The notes below the pieces were generated by a model. That model saw only the letters and a list, made by a program, of their open reading frames with translations, searched no databases and was not told the DNA's origin. The position numbers and the translations under genes were made by a program. A stretch of DNA of 47,603 nt. It comes from Victivallales bacterium. GTDB lineage: Bacteria; Verrucomicrobiota; Lentisphaeria; Oligosphaerales; Oligosphaeraceae. The stretch lies in the NCBI GenBank assembly GCA_017525435.1, contig JAFXSU010000344.1, forward strand, positions 1-47,603, read 5' to 3'. Shown here piece after piece: positions 9,301 through 16,761 of this stretch; position 1 is the stretch's first letter; each line of letters starts with the position of its first letter.

Positions 9301-10881
9301 GCCCTTTCCGGGTTGGATGACTTGCGAGAGCATCGGGAACTGCGTTTCGGTCAGCCCCCACTGGGTGCTACGGTTGGTGACTCGGATGCGCCAGGTGAAC
9401 TCCGGACGGTTTGGAACTGGAATGATTTCGCAGTGCACGTCCACCACACCTGGCTCGCCGGGCAAGCCGATGCCTTGCCATTCGATGATTTGGGAATCGC
9501 CGTCGTTTTTTGCGATGGAAGTGGAACTGGAACCAGGTGTCAGCCAGATGGTTTCGGTGGCGGGGTAGGGCTTTTTGAAGGCGATTTTCCAGAGGCCGGG
9601 CTGGCTATCGCGGTGCGTCACGAAGCGCACGGGCGTGTCGCCGAGGGCGTTCACGACCGCTAAGCAGGGGAAGCCGTCTTCGGCGGAACCGAGGAAGATT
9701 TTGAGGCCGTGGTTTTCAAGTACGAGTGTGCCGTCAGGGAATGCGTCCTCTGCGGTGGCAACAGGCGCGGGCGTGGACTCGGTGATGGCGAGTCGAGGCT
9801 GCGCGTCGGCGGAGAGCCAACGCTCATACCATTCGTCATCACGCGCGGGACCGAGGTAGAGGCGCGCGGTCTGGCGTTTTTCCGCTTCGCCTGCAACAAG
9901 CCCGAGGTTGGTTGCAGCGAGGTTGTAGGGGAAGCCTTCGCGACCGCGGTCATAGCCATTGCCGGCAGTTCCGCCGATGCCGAAGGCGCTCAGTGGCGAG
10001 GCGTAGACGCCCCATCGCGAGAAGGAGAAGCCGCATGGCTCGGCATCGACGGGGTTGGTCTCGCGGTTTTGACCGCTTTCATTCGTGTGGATGGCGGTGT
10101 AGAAGCGGTCGAAGCGGCAGGTCTGGAGGAAGTGCGCTTCCGGCCATGGCTGGCTGGCGTCGGAACGCGTGATGAGTCGCTCGACCTCGACGATGGGAGA
10201 ACCGGCAGAATAGATGTAGCGGTAGATTGCCACGGGGTCGCCGGGCGCAGACAGACCGCCATCGCCCACGAAGTGCGCACGGACTTCCACAACGACGCGT
10301 TCCGGAGTCTCCAGCACAATTTGGGCGGTGGCGTGTTGGTCGTAGCGCACCCAGAACAGTCCCAGGTCGGGGTGGAATAGGCGGTCGAAGAAGCGGAGGT
10401 TGGAGTCGGTGTAACCGCTTTCACGGTACTGGATGTCCTGCGGGAATCCGCCGGCGCCTTGCATCGGGTGGCGGAGCTGGAAATAGCTGTTGCGGATGAT
10501 AATGAAGCCGACTTCATCGGTGGTGCATTCCAAATCGCCATCGACTTGACCCGAGCAGGAATTCGCGGGCACGGAACAGGCCAGGCGGTAGGTGCAAAGG
10601 GCCCCGGGGGCGGTTTCGCCATCGAGGTGGAAGCACAGGCGCGGCGTCTGGCCAGTGGTGTCCAGGACGTATGGCAATGGCGTGGCGCTGTCTTCGGCCA
10701 TAAGGGTGGCACCTTGCTGTACGAAAGCGACCTGCTCGGCAGTCAGTTCAACCGAGACAGGGTGCTGGAAGAGCGACTGTGGACCGTTCTGGACAGTGAC
10801 AATGTAGTCAGCAAAGAGCGGGAAGGTCAAGACAAAAAGTGCGGAGAACCAGTGGGAAAGTGGCAAAAATGATGGTTTCAT
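6361..10881 (-). CDS. Large secreted glycoside-hydrolase-like protein with a C-terminal CBM9/DOMON-like carbohydrate-binding module
   Basis: 1506 aa with an N-terminal signal peptide (MKPSFLPLSHWFSALFVLTFPLFA). The central region has TIM-barrel-like motifs (HWYCWHQIPFDNSYPEYFP, MPYINGRLWD, YLDQISCG..HGHPLGGG). The C-terminus (AWDDQYLYVQAEVTDD..WKEDCLQFAL) resembles CBM9-type modules. The family is not assigned. Confidence 0.75.
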   Translation of the reverse strand: MKPSFLPLSHWFSALFVLTFPLFADYIVTVQNGPQSLFQHPVSVELTAEQVAFVQQGATLMAEDSATPLPYVLDTTGQTPRLCFHLDGETAPGALCTYRLACSVPANSCSGQVDGDLECTTDEVGFIIIRNSYFQLRHPMQGAGGFPQDIQYRESGYTDSNLRFFDRLFHPDLGLFWVRYDQHATAQIVLETPERVVVEVRAHFVGDGGLSAPGDPVAIYRYIYSAGSPIVEVERLITRSDASQPWPEAHFLQTCRFDRFYTAIHTNESGQNRETNPVDAEPCGFSFSRWGVYASPLSAFGIGGTAGNGYDRGREGFPYNLAATNLGLVAGEAEKRQTARLYLGPARDDEWYERWLSADAQPRLAITESTPAPVATAEDAFPDGTLVLENHGLKIFLGSAEDGFPCLAVVNALGDTPVRFVTHRDSQPGLWKIAFKKPYPATETIWLTPGSSSTSIAKNDGDSQIIEWQGIGLPGEPGVVDVHCEIIPVPNRPEFTWRIRVTNRSTQWGLTETQFPMLSQVIQPGKGDALLPDSNWGHRLFRNSAVQCDQLYPSHKCQMQFMAFNQGDAGLYFAAHDTGARPKRLVVTSQQDASFRVFAENSAQPEASRGAEFDFCLAAYQGDWWQAAKRYRKWATAEAPWTAKGPIVVRNDFPRSLVDIAFWQQLSNIAFSSCDHLGSLMEQLHARLDHRPGFALHWYCWHQIPFDNSYPEYFPVREGFDANVRRLTSQGMLAMPYINGRLWDVDIPSFADARAAAALPENGSPAIEVYGSGRRLTPMCPYTRLWQDKMDYVCSRLMDEYHVSGIYLDQISCGPAELCFNPEHGHPLGGGTHWVDGYRTLLARIKAKAAPKGVFLTSECGAEPYMDNLDGHLIWTPRTQEDVPTLAAVYSGYTIYFSNTSHPEDDEWPFKAQQARDFLWGCQPGWNAEWIADEAHRKHFAYQEYLGYLQRAAKEFFREGELLAEQRPANAPGTVTYTWHWEFPHQATLQAAQGYWWKAPDGRLMLAIANLSPDVRAFNVADANLASLAGPGSERSQWLAERLTDAGTAPLRETPNLFSHCFTLEPGEVVLVTFTPADAKMRKNAQKRAKTLAFDQKIPPELRNSAAEYLFRTEYGVTAFHPAGTIRDLPGATCDFNYFIYGTPDKKCTVVLPDGQNSSGERGPLHTMPVRFAPDDTRSLLYCELRNGDLAWRLPVQRRPAKPLEITLGEPPEIRAGKSFLLPVGIENFQNIPASGTVRLNLPDGWQVEPSRSIAFDNLQPRTPQHTLLRISVPANAPAAPALLTAEILAGREDRTVAVAPPKSLLTAIRVAPHLDVHDASTWPDGPWAVPTGVKIADYHGNDDCSARVRCAWDDQYLYVQAEVTDDVHLQTHSDEFIWKEDCLQFALRAFPANLAQGYDGREREFGLALPAGTDGIVYQWMGGDGQGLLADAQIHAEREGNLTRYRAAIPWNKLALPPPKPGMLISFAFTVNDNDSDHLRGWLEWASGVCGGKDSSLFGELRFGE
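7608..7648. repeat. Intragenic 10-nt tandem repeat (TTTTTGCGCG x3 plus a partial copy)
   Basis: Read directly at 7611-7640. On the coding (minus) strand the three copies of CGCAAAAACG are translated in three different frames, giving RKNAQKRAKT. Confidence 0.9.
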
Positions 10882-10924
10882 CGAGAAAAATCAGAGAAAA
10901 TGCATTGAATTTGTCGAAAGAGAT

Positions 10925-10953
10925 TTGCCTTTTTGGCGGATTTCCCTTATAAT
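10925..10953 (+). promoter_or_regulatory. Putative sigma70-type promoter (TTGCCT-17 nt-TATAAT)
   Basis: Hexamers at 10925-10930 and 10948-10953, about 45 nt upstream of the ATG at 10998. Confidence 0.4.
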
Positions 10954-10997
10954 ATAAGCAATAGCTTTTTTTTAAACCGCCAAACAAGGATAAAACA

Positions 10998-11432
10998 ATG
11001 GCTAATCTGAACAACGGTCCCGTTTGCATCAATCACCACGACCGCCCGGCTGTTGCGCACTGTGCCAGCTGCCGCCGCCCCATCTGCGAGGAGTGCCTGG
11101 TCGAGCAGGACGGCTTCAAGTGCTGCTCAAAGAAGTGCCTCCAGCAGGCGCTTGCCTCCACCGCTGTCACCAATGACGTGATCAAACGTCGAAATCGGGC
11201 TGGCTCACTGGGAGCCGTAGCCAGCTTCATCAAGTGGATTGTCATCATCGCCGTGCTGGCGGGCATCTGGTTCTCCGGTCTCGGCCCGAAGTGGCTGCGC
11301 TGGCTGATGCGGAAGAAGGACCAGACCGTCCAGACTGTCCAGCAGAAGGCCCAGGAAGGTGTCCAGAAGGACAGCGACCGCCGCAAGCGCCAAGGCGACT
11401 TCTACGACAGCGTGGCCGATCCCAAACGCTAA
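10998..11432 (+). CDS. B-box-type zinc-finger membrane protein (function unknown)
   Basis: 144 aa. The N-terminal Cys/His pattern CINHHDRPAVAHCASCRRPICEECL..CCSKKC is followed by one hydrophobic helix (IKWIVIIAVLAGIWF) and a basic tail. Confidence 0.7.
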   Translation: MANLNNGPVCINHHDRPAVAHCASCRRPICEECLVEQDGFKCCSKKCLQQALASTAVTNDVIKRRNRAGSLGAVASFIKWIVIIAVLAGIWFSGLGPKWLRWLMRKKDQTVQTVQQKAQEGVQKDSDRRKRQGDFYDSVADPKR

Positions 11433-11455
11433 TTTCAAACCTTGCCTTTTTCCCC

Positions 11456-11497
11456 AACCGCCGAAAAGTCCCAAGACTCTTTCGGCGGTTTATATTT
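11456..11497 (+). terminator. Rho-independent terminator
   Basis: Hairpin AACCGCCGAAA...TTTCGGCGGTT followed by a T-rich tail. It lies inside the 5' extension of track ORF 11442..13454, which argues for the later start at 11535. Confidence 0.7.
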
Positions 11498-11534
11498 GAA
11501 AAATTGTCCGAATTTCTGTAAACGATTTGTTTCT

Positions 11535-13454
11535 ATGATTCAGCAACTTGACAACCAACTTGTTCTTGACAACGGGCTGGTGCGCCGTGTCCTCACCTGG
11601 AATCAGAATGGCTTCTACACCACTTCCTTACGCGATGTGATGACAGGGCAGGAATTCGTCAACGGACTTCTCCCTGAGTTCAATGTCACGGTGAACGGCG
11701 TGAAAATCGCCAGTTACTCGGAAGCACGGGTTCGTGAGGTGGATGGCGAATACGAGGCGAGCAAGCCTTTGCCGAAGTTTCTAGATTGCGAGATGCATCA
11801 GGTGGATGCCGCTGAAGGAGCGACACTGCATTTCGTGTTACCGGTCGGCGGTGTGGAATTATACATAACTTACTGGATTTGGCCAGAATTGTCTGGTTTT
11901 GTCAAGTCGATGGAATTCAAGGCGGGCGACCAGGAGGCGGTTCTGGAGCATCTGGACATCGACCACCTTTGCTGCCAGCCGGGGCTCTTCCGTGACTGCA
12001 TCGTGACCACGGGGTCGGACGACGCACCGCAGCCCGCGTGCTTCGCGGTGGAAGGTGAGACGGACCTCCTCCACTTGCACAACGAGAAGCTCCAGGCGGG
12101 TTTTCTCTACGGAATGGCGGTTCCGGGGCCGTTGCGGCGATTTCTCTGCTATCCGCATTGGAAGGAGATCACGGGCGGATACGCATGGTCGAAGTGCCCG
12201 TTCCGCAAGCACTTGGAGCCAGGCGAATCCTTTGTCTGCGATGCCTCGGCTTTGTTGCTCTACCATGGCGATGCACATGCGGGCGACCAGCCATTTGCCG
12301 AACTCGTGCGGAAGTTGCTGCCTCCGCCTGGCGACGCCGGCGTGATGTACTGCACCTGGCAGCCGTTCCTCACGAACATCCACGAGGAGTTGGTGCTGGA
12401 ACTGGCGCGGGAGGCCGCCGACATGGGTTTCAAGTACCTGGTCATCGACGATGGCTGGTTTAGGGAAAACCGCGAGGTGGATCCCGTGAAGTTCCCGCAT
12501 GGAATGGCGTGGCTCTCCGAGCAGATTCGCGCGATGGGAATCATTTTGGGGCTGTGGTACAACATCGGCACCGACTACCACGAAAAGGAACTTCCGACGG
12601 ATTGGTGGGCGCTGAACGCCGATGGCACCAGCAAGTTCTGCAATGTAAACCACGTCCTCTGCTTCGGAAGCGACTACCGCGAGAAGATTCTGGAGGAACT
12701 CTCAGAGGTGGCGGAGCGCTACCACGTGGGGTATTTCAAACTGGACTTCTCGTCGATTGTGAGCCCGTACGAGATTATGCAGCTGGGCTGCCATGCGAAG
12801 AACCACCGCCATCACCGCGAATGGGAGGACTCCGCCATTGCGATGTACCGCGGAATGAAATACCTGCGCGACGGCCTCAAGACACGCTTCCCGGAACTGC
12901 TAGTGGATTTCAGCTTCGAGACCTTTGGCCCTGCCCGGCCGAATATCAGCGCGATTTCCTACAGCGAACTCAACCACGTTTCCAACCACACCGCTCTCCA
13001 GCGCGAGGTCTGGAGCATTGCACGCGTGCGGCAGGACTTCTACCGATGGTATGGCAAACTGCCCACCGAACGTCTGTTGGGCGGTCTGCTGACGTTGCAG
13101 TTCGAGGACGCACCGGAGTATCTCCTCACCGCGATGATCGGTGCCCCGCTGGTGGCGGGCGACCTGCGGAAACTTGAACCGGAGAAGCGTCGGGTGTTGA
13201 AAGAATATACTGGTGCGTATAATCAGCTCACCGCCGGCGGACAACTCACGCGCTTCGCCGTTCTGGCAAACGAACCCGACTACGATGCCTATTTGCGCAC
13301 CCGCGCCGATGGTCACGGCTTCCTCGCCGTCTTCAACCGCAAAGACACCGCGCTGGAAACCGCCTTCGCAACGCCGTTCCCGTACCGCAATGTACTGGAC
13401 GGCAGTGAAAAACAGATAACGCCTCCGAACTCCTGCGCGATGTTCAAGTTCTGA
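11535..13454 (+). CDS. Alpha-galactosidase-like glycoside hydrolase (GH36-type), cytoplasmic
   Basis: 639 aa from the ATG at 11535. It has the YLVIDDGWF and YFKLDF motifs typical of melibiase/GH36 enzymes and no signal peptide. Confidence 0.7.
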   Translation: MIQQLDNQLVLDNGLVRRVLTWNQNGFYTTSLRDVMTGQEFVNGLLPEFNVTVNGVKIASYSEARVREVDGEYEASKPLPKFLDCEMHQVDAAEGATLHFVLPVGGVELYITYWIWPELSGFVKSMEFKAGDQEAVLEHLDIDHLCCQPGLFRDCIVTTGSDDAPQPACFAVEGETDLLHLHNEKLQAGFLYGMAVPGPLRRFLCYPHWKEITGGYAWSKCPFRKHLEPGESFVCDASALLLYHGDAHAGDQPFAELVRKLLPPPGDAGVMYCTWQPFLTNIHEELVLELAREAADMGFKYLVIDDGWFRENREVDPVKFPHGMAWLSEQIRAMGIILGLWYNIGTDYHEKELPTDWWALNADGTSKFCNVNHVLCFGSDYREKILEELSEVAERYHVGYFKLDFSSIVSPYEIMQLGCHAKNHRHHREWEDSAIAMYRGMKYLRDGLKTRFPELLVDFSFETFGPARPNISAISYSELNHVSNHTALQREVWSIARVRQDFYRWYGKLPTERLLGGLLTLQFEDAPEYLLTAMIGAPLVAGDLRKLEPEKRRVLKEYTGAYNQLTAGGQLTRFAVLANEPDYDAYLRTRADGHGFLAVFNRKDTALETAFATPFPYRNVLDGSEKQITPPNSCAMFKF

Positions 13455-13478
13455 GGCGTCGTCACTGTCACAGAAAGC

Positions 13479-13517
13479 AAAACCGCCGCCAGAAGGACTC
13501 TGGCGGCGGTTTCTTTA
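13479..13517. terminator. Bidirectional rho-independent terminator between convergent genes
   Basis: 12-bp GC-rich stem AAACCGCCGCCA / TGGCGGCGGTTT, flanked by an A-run and a T-run. Confidence 0.8.
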
Positions 13518-13534
13518 TTCTTCGGCGGGAGAAA

Positions 13535-14860
13535 TTACTTTCCGGCCTTCATTTCGCGGACGGCCTCGACGACGGCCTTGGCCTGATACTCCAGCTGCGC
13601 CTTGGTGAGCGGGTAGAGCGGCAGGTGGGTGTAGGAGGTGTAGAACATCCGCTCGGTGTTGGGGCAGGTCTTGGCGATGGCGTCGGCGTTGTAGCCGAGG
13701 TCGGCCATGATCTTGAAGCGGTACATCGGCCCGAAGTGGGTGATGTTGGTGAGGCCCTTCTCTGCGAGTTTCTTGGCGAGAACCTGGATGTCGCCCTTGC
13801 ATTTCTTCGGGTCGATGCGCAGGAGGTAGAGGTGGTGAGTGCCGTAGGTGTCGGCAGTGTCCGGCTTCTCGGTGAGGATGCCGGGTTCCTGCGAGAGCAC
13901 CGCGTTCATGTATTCGGCTGCGGCACGGCGCTGCGCAATGATCTTGTCGAGGCGCTTGAACTGCAATTCCATGCCGAGCGCCTGGATTTCGGTGGCAGAG
14001 AAGTTCTGGGCGACCTGGATGTTGCCGAAGCGGTCGATTAGCGGCGAGATGTCATAGAGCCAGTCCTTGATCTTACGGGTGAAATCCAGACCCAGGAAAC
14101 GCGCACCGGGCAGTTGCTTGCCGGCGAAGTCCTCGTTGGTCAGGAGCACTCCGCCCTCGCCCAAGGAGTTGATGTTCTTGACCTCATGCAGGGAGAATCC
14201 ACCGAAGTGGCCAATGGAGCCGAGCATCTTGCCCTTGTAGCATCCGCCCATGCCGTGCGCGGCATCTTCCATCACGAAGAGGTTGTGCTTCTTGGCCAGC
14301 GCCATGATGGGATCCATGTCCACTGGCATGCCGCCCAGGTGCACGGGCACGATCATCTTGGTCTTGGAGGTGATCTTCTTCTTGACGTCCTTCGGATCGA
14401 GGTTGCAGGTCTCCGGATCGATGTCCGCGAAGACGATCTTGGCGCCGATGGAGAGGGGATAGGCCATCGTGGCGATAAAGGTGATGGCGGGCATGATGAC
14501 TTCATCGCCGGCCTTCAGTCCGGAGAGCTTGTAGGCGATCTCCATTCCGCCGGTCCAGTTGCAGGTGAAGCAGGCGTACTTCGAACCGAAGTACTTTTTC
14601 GCGGCCTCCTCGGCATTGGCGACCTGGGTGCCAAGCGTGAGCTTCGTGGCACGGTTGGCGCACTTCGCCAGCTTCGAGACCGCGCCCTTGACCTCGGCGA
14701 AGGCCTCCTTGTAGCCCGGTTTCCCACCGTCCGGCAGCAGGAATTTCACCATCGCCTCGACATCCTGGCCGTTGTAGTATTCGCCGACCGCATGCCACGG
14801 CACCTTTGCCGCGCCGACCGCATACCGGAAGTCACCGCCGGAGTTCTTCTTGTTCGCCAT
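13535..14860 (-). CDS. DegT/DnrJ/EryC1/StrS-family PLP-dependent aminotransferase
   Basis: 441 aa. The motifs PVHLGGMP..MEDAAHGMGG..GGFSLHEVKNI include the expected PLP-lysine context. AGGAG SD 9 nt upstream of the ATG. Confidence 0.8.
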   Translation of the reverse strand: MANKKNSGGDFRYAVGAAKVPWHAVGEYYNGQDVEAMVKFLLPDGGKPGYKEAFAEVKGAVSKLAKCANRATKLTLGTQVANAEEAAKKYFGSKYACFTCNWTGGMEIAYKLSGLKAGDEVIMPAITFIATMAYPLSIGAKIVFADIDPETCNLDPKDVKKKITSKTKMIVPVHLGGMPVDMDPIMALAKKHNLFVMEDAAHGMGGCYKGKMLGSIGHFGGFSLHEVKNINSLGEGGVLLTNEDFAGKQLPGARFLGLDFTRKIKDWLYDISPLIDRFGNIQVAQNFSATEIQALGMELQFKRLDKIIAQRRAAAEYMNAVLSQEPGILTEKPDTADTYGTHHLYLLRIDPKKCKGDIQVLAKKLAEKGLTNITHFGPMYRFKIMADLGYNADAIAKTCPNTERMFYTSYTHLPLYPLTKAQLEYQAKAVVEAVREMKAGK

Positions 14861-14907
14861 GATTTGTATCTCCTATTGTTGAAGTGTTGTTCGTAAAAAG
14901 AGTTGCG

Positions 14908-16590
14908 CTATTGTTTCTTCGATTTGAGCAGTATGTGACCGGCAAAGATCGCCAGAAGGAGTGACATCACCAGAAGGAAGAGTCCCACGCATACGAGCAT
15001 CCAGTTGCCATCTTTGCTACGGTCAAAAATCAATTTGACCAATGCCCAGACGGAGACCACGAGCATGAAGAGCATCGGCACGAAGGCGAAGAGCCAGCGC
15101 AGCTTGTTGCGCAGGAGGTAGAGAGTGATGCCCAGCAAGGTCATCGCAGCCATGAGCTGGTTGGCAGAACCGAAGACCGGCCAGATCGCCGCGCCGTCTC
15201 CGCTCTTGGCCAGGAAGAACGCCAGCACGACGATGGCGAGGGTGGCGCACCAGCGGTTGGAGAGGAAGCGGATGACGCGAGTCTTGGCGCCGGGTGGGGG
15301 ATCGGGCGGGCAGCGGGTGTCGTCGGCACGCGGGAGGATGAGTTCCTGCCAGAGGAAACGCGCGAGGCGGGTGGCAGTGTCCAAGCTGGTGAGCATGAAT
15401 GCGGAGATGGCCAGAGAGATGAAAGTCGCACCAACCTCAAGGGGGATGCCGAGCGAGGTCACGAAATGTCCAACGCCCTGGGCGAACTGGATGGCGGCTG
15501 GCACTTTAGTCGCCTGCTGGGCGAATTGGTCGGGGGCGAGGTAACCGACGGAGCAGATGGCGATGACGGCCAGAACACCCTCCAGGAGCATCCCGCCGTA
15601 GCCGACGGTACGGATGTTCTTCTCGTTGTCAATTTGCTTGGAGGAGGTTCCGGAGGCGACTAGGGCATGGAAACCGCTGCATGCGCCGCAAGCGATAGTC
15701 ACGAAAAGCAACGGGAGTACATCAGGGATAAGGTGGGTGTTCTCCGTGAGATGGACGGCGGGCATCTGGAGAGGCACTCGGGCGAAGGCAATGCCGCCGA
15801 TGCCCATGGCCATCATTGCATAGAGCAGGAAGCTGTTGAGGTAATCGCGCGGTTGGAGCAGGAACCACACGGGAATGGTGGAGGCGATGAAGGCGTAATA
15901 CAATAATACAAAAATCCAGATAAAGCGTGCAGTTTCCTTTCCCACGCCCAGGAGTTTCACCAGGTCGAGGGGGATGAGAGTGCCCAGCCAAATCAAAAGG
16001 AACATCAGCGGCACGAAGATGAGCGTGGCTTCCAGGAGGCTCAGGAGCTTCTGGTTGATGATCACGCCGAAGATCGGTGCCATCAAGATGAAAAAGACCG
16101 ATGCGGTAGCCACGGCGGGGTTTGCGATGAAGCCGTCAGCCACCTGGGTGGTGAAAACGGTCACCACAAGTACCAACGTCGCCAGGCAGAAGAAGATAAA
16201 GATCTGTCGTCCGGCGTAGCCGAGTTCTTTCTCAATGACATACGCGATGCTTCTGCCCTGGTTGCGAACCGAGAGGAACATCGCCGCGAAGTCATGCATG
16301 GCACCCACGAAAACGCATCCCAGCAGAATCCACAAGAGCGCCGGCAACCAGCCATAGCGGGCGGCCAGAACAGGTCCGACGATGGGACCCGCACCTGCAA
16401 TTGAGGCGAAGTGGTGTCCGAAGAGCACGGCGGGATGTGCCGGGACATAGTCCACGCCGTCCTGCAACGACTTGGATGGGCAGACCTGTTTCGGATCCAC
16501 GCCGAAGGTCTTGTCCAGGAATTTCCCGTAGATGAAGAATGCCAGCAGAAAATAGACAATGCTGCCGATTAAGAGAAGCGCGGTATTCAT
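14908..16590 (-). CDS. cstA: Carbon starvation protein A (CstA-family peptide/pyruvate transporter)
   Basis: 560-aa polytopic membrane protein. The N-terminus carries ..DYVPAHPAVLFGHHFASIAGAGPIVGPVLA.., characteristic of CstA. Confidence 0.9.
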   Translation of the reverse strand: MNTALLLIGSIVYFLLAFFIYGKFLDKTFGVDPKQVCPSKSLQDGVDYVPAHPAVLFGHHFASIAGAGPIVGPVLAARYGWLPALLWILLGCVFVGAMHDFAAMFLSVRNQGRSIAYVIEKELGYAGRQIFIFFCLATLVLVVTVFTTQVADGFIANPAVATASVFFILMAPIFGVIINQKLLSLLEATLIFVPLMFLLIWLGTLIPLDLVKLLGVGKETARFIWIFVLLYYAFIASTIPVWFLLQPRDYLNSFLLYAMMAMGIGGIAFARVPLQMPAVHLTENTHLIPDVLPLLFVTIACGACSGFHALVASGTSSKQIDNEKNIRTVGYGGMLLEGVLAVIAICSVGYLAPDQFAQQATKVPAAIQFAQGVGHFVTSLGIPLEVGATFISLAISAFMLTSLDTATRLARFLWQELILPRADDTRCPPDPPPGAKTRVIRFLSNRWCATLAIVVLAFFLAKSGDGAAIWPVFGSANQLMAAMTLLGITLYLLRNKLRWLFAFVPMLFMLVVSVWALVKLIFDRSKDGNWMLVCVGLFLLVMSLLLAIFAGHILLKSKKQ

Positions 16591-16596
16591 GGCGGG

Positions 16597-16647
16597 TTAG
16601 CGAATTAGCAATTAGCCATTAGCAATTAGCAATTAGCAAATTATTGC
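16597..16647. repeat. Tandem TTAGCAA-type heptamer tract (six TTAGC units, periods 8,7,7,7,7,8)
   Basis: Read directly; the tract starts 7 nt upstream of the cstA start codon (16588-16590). Confidence 0.9.
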
Positions 16648-16692
16648 AAAAAAAGCATTTGGCTTTGGGGAGGCGAAATGCCATGCTCATGG

Positions 16693-16737
16693 AAAAAATC
16701 CCCCCGAACGGCGGATGGCCGCCGGGCGAGGGGATTT
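16693..16737 (-). terminator. Rho-independent terminator of yebC
   Basis: On the minus strand: AAATCCCC-TCG-CCCGGCGG / CCGCCG-TTC-GGGGGGATTT hairpin followed by TTTTTT. Confidence 0.75.
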
Positions 16738-16761
16738 CGTCGTTGCCAATGGTAAGAAGCG

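Noticed and set aside
8242-9663. Long antisense ORFs inside real genes: 8242..9663, 17544..18539, 22625..23320, 23439..24224, 24426..25583, 24572..26008, 26264..26848, 27736..28857, 28981..30081, 30760..31605, 32917..33627, 36542..37540, 39056..39823, 40313..40972, 42973..43764.
   Set aside because: These are typical shadow ORFs of GC-rich DNA. Their composition is Arg/Gly/Ala/Pro-biased, they have no recognisable motifs, and each fully overlaps a gene with strong family signatures on the other strand or in another frame.
11442-11534. N-terminal extensions of track ORFs: 11442, 17685, 17625, 26024, 27052, 42947, 43824, 46837 and 47599.
   Set aside because: The extensions start at non-ATG codons, run across terminators or neighbouring genes, or precede family-typical N-termini that have their own ATG and SD. 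Internal starts were chosen instead.
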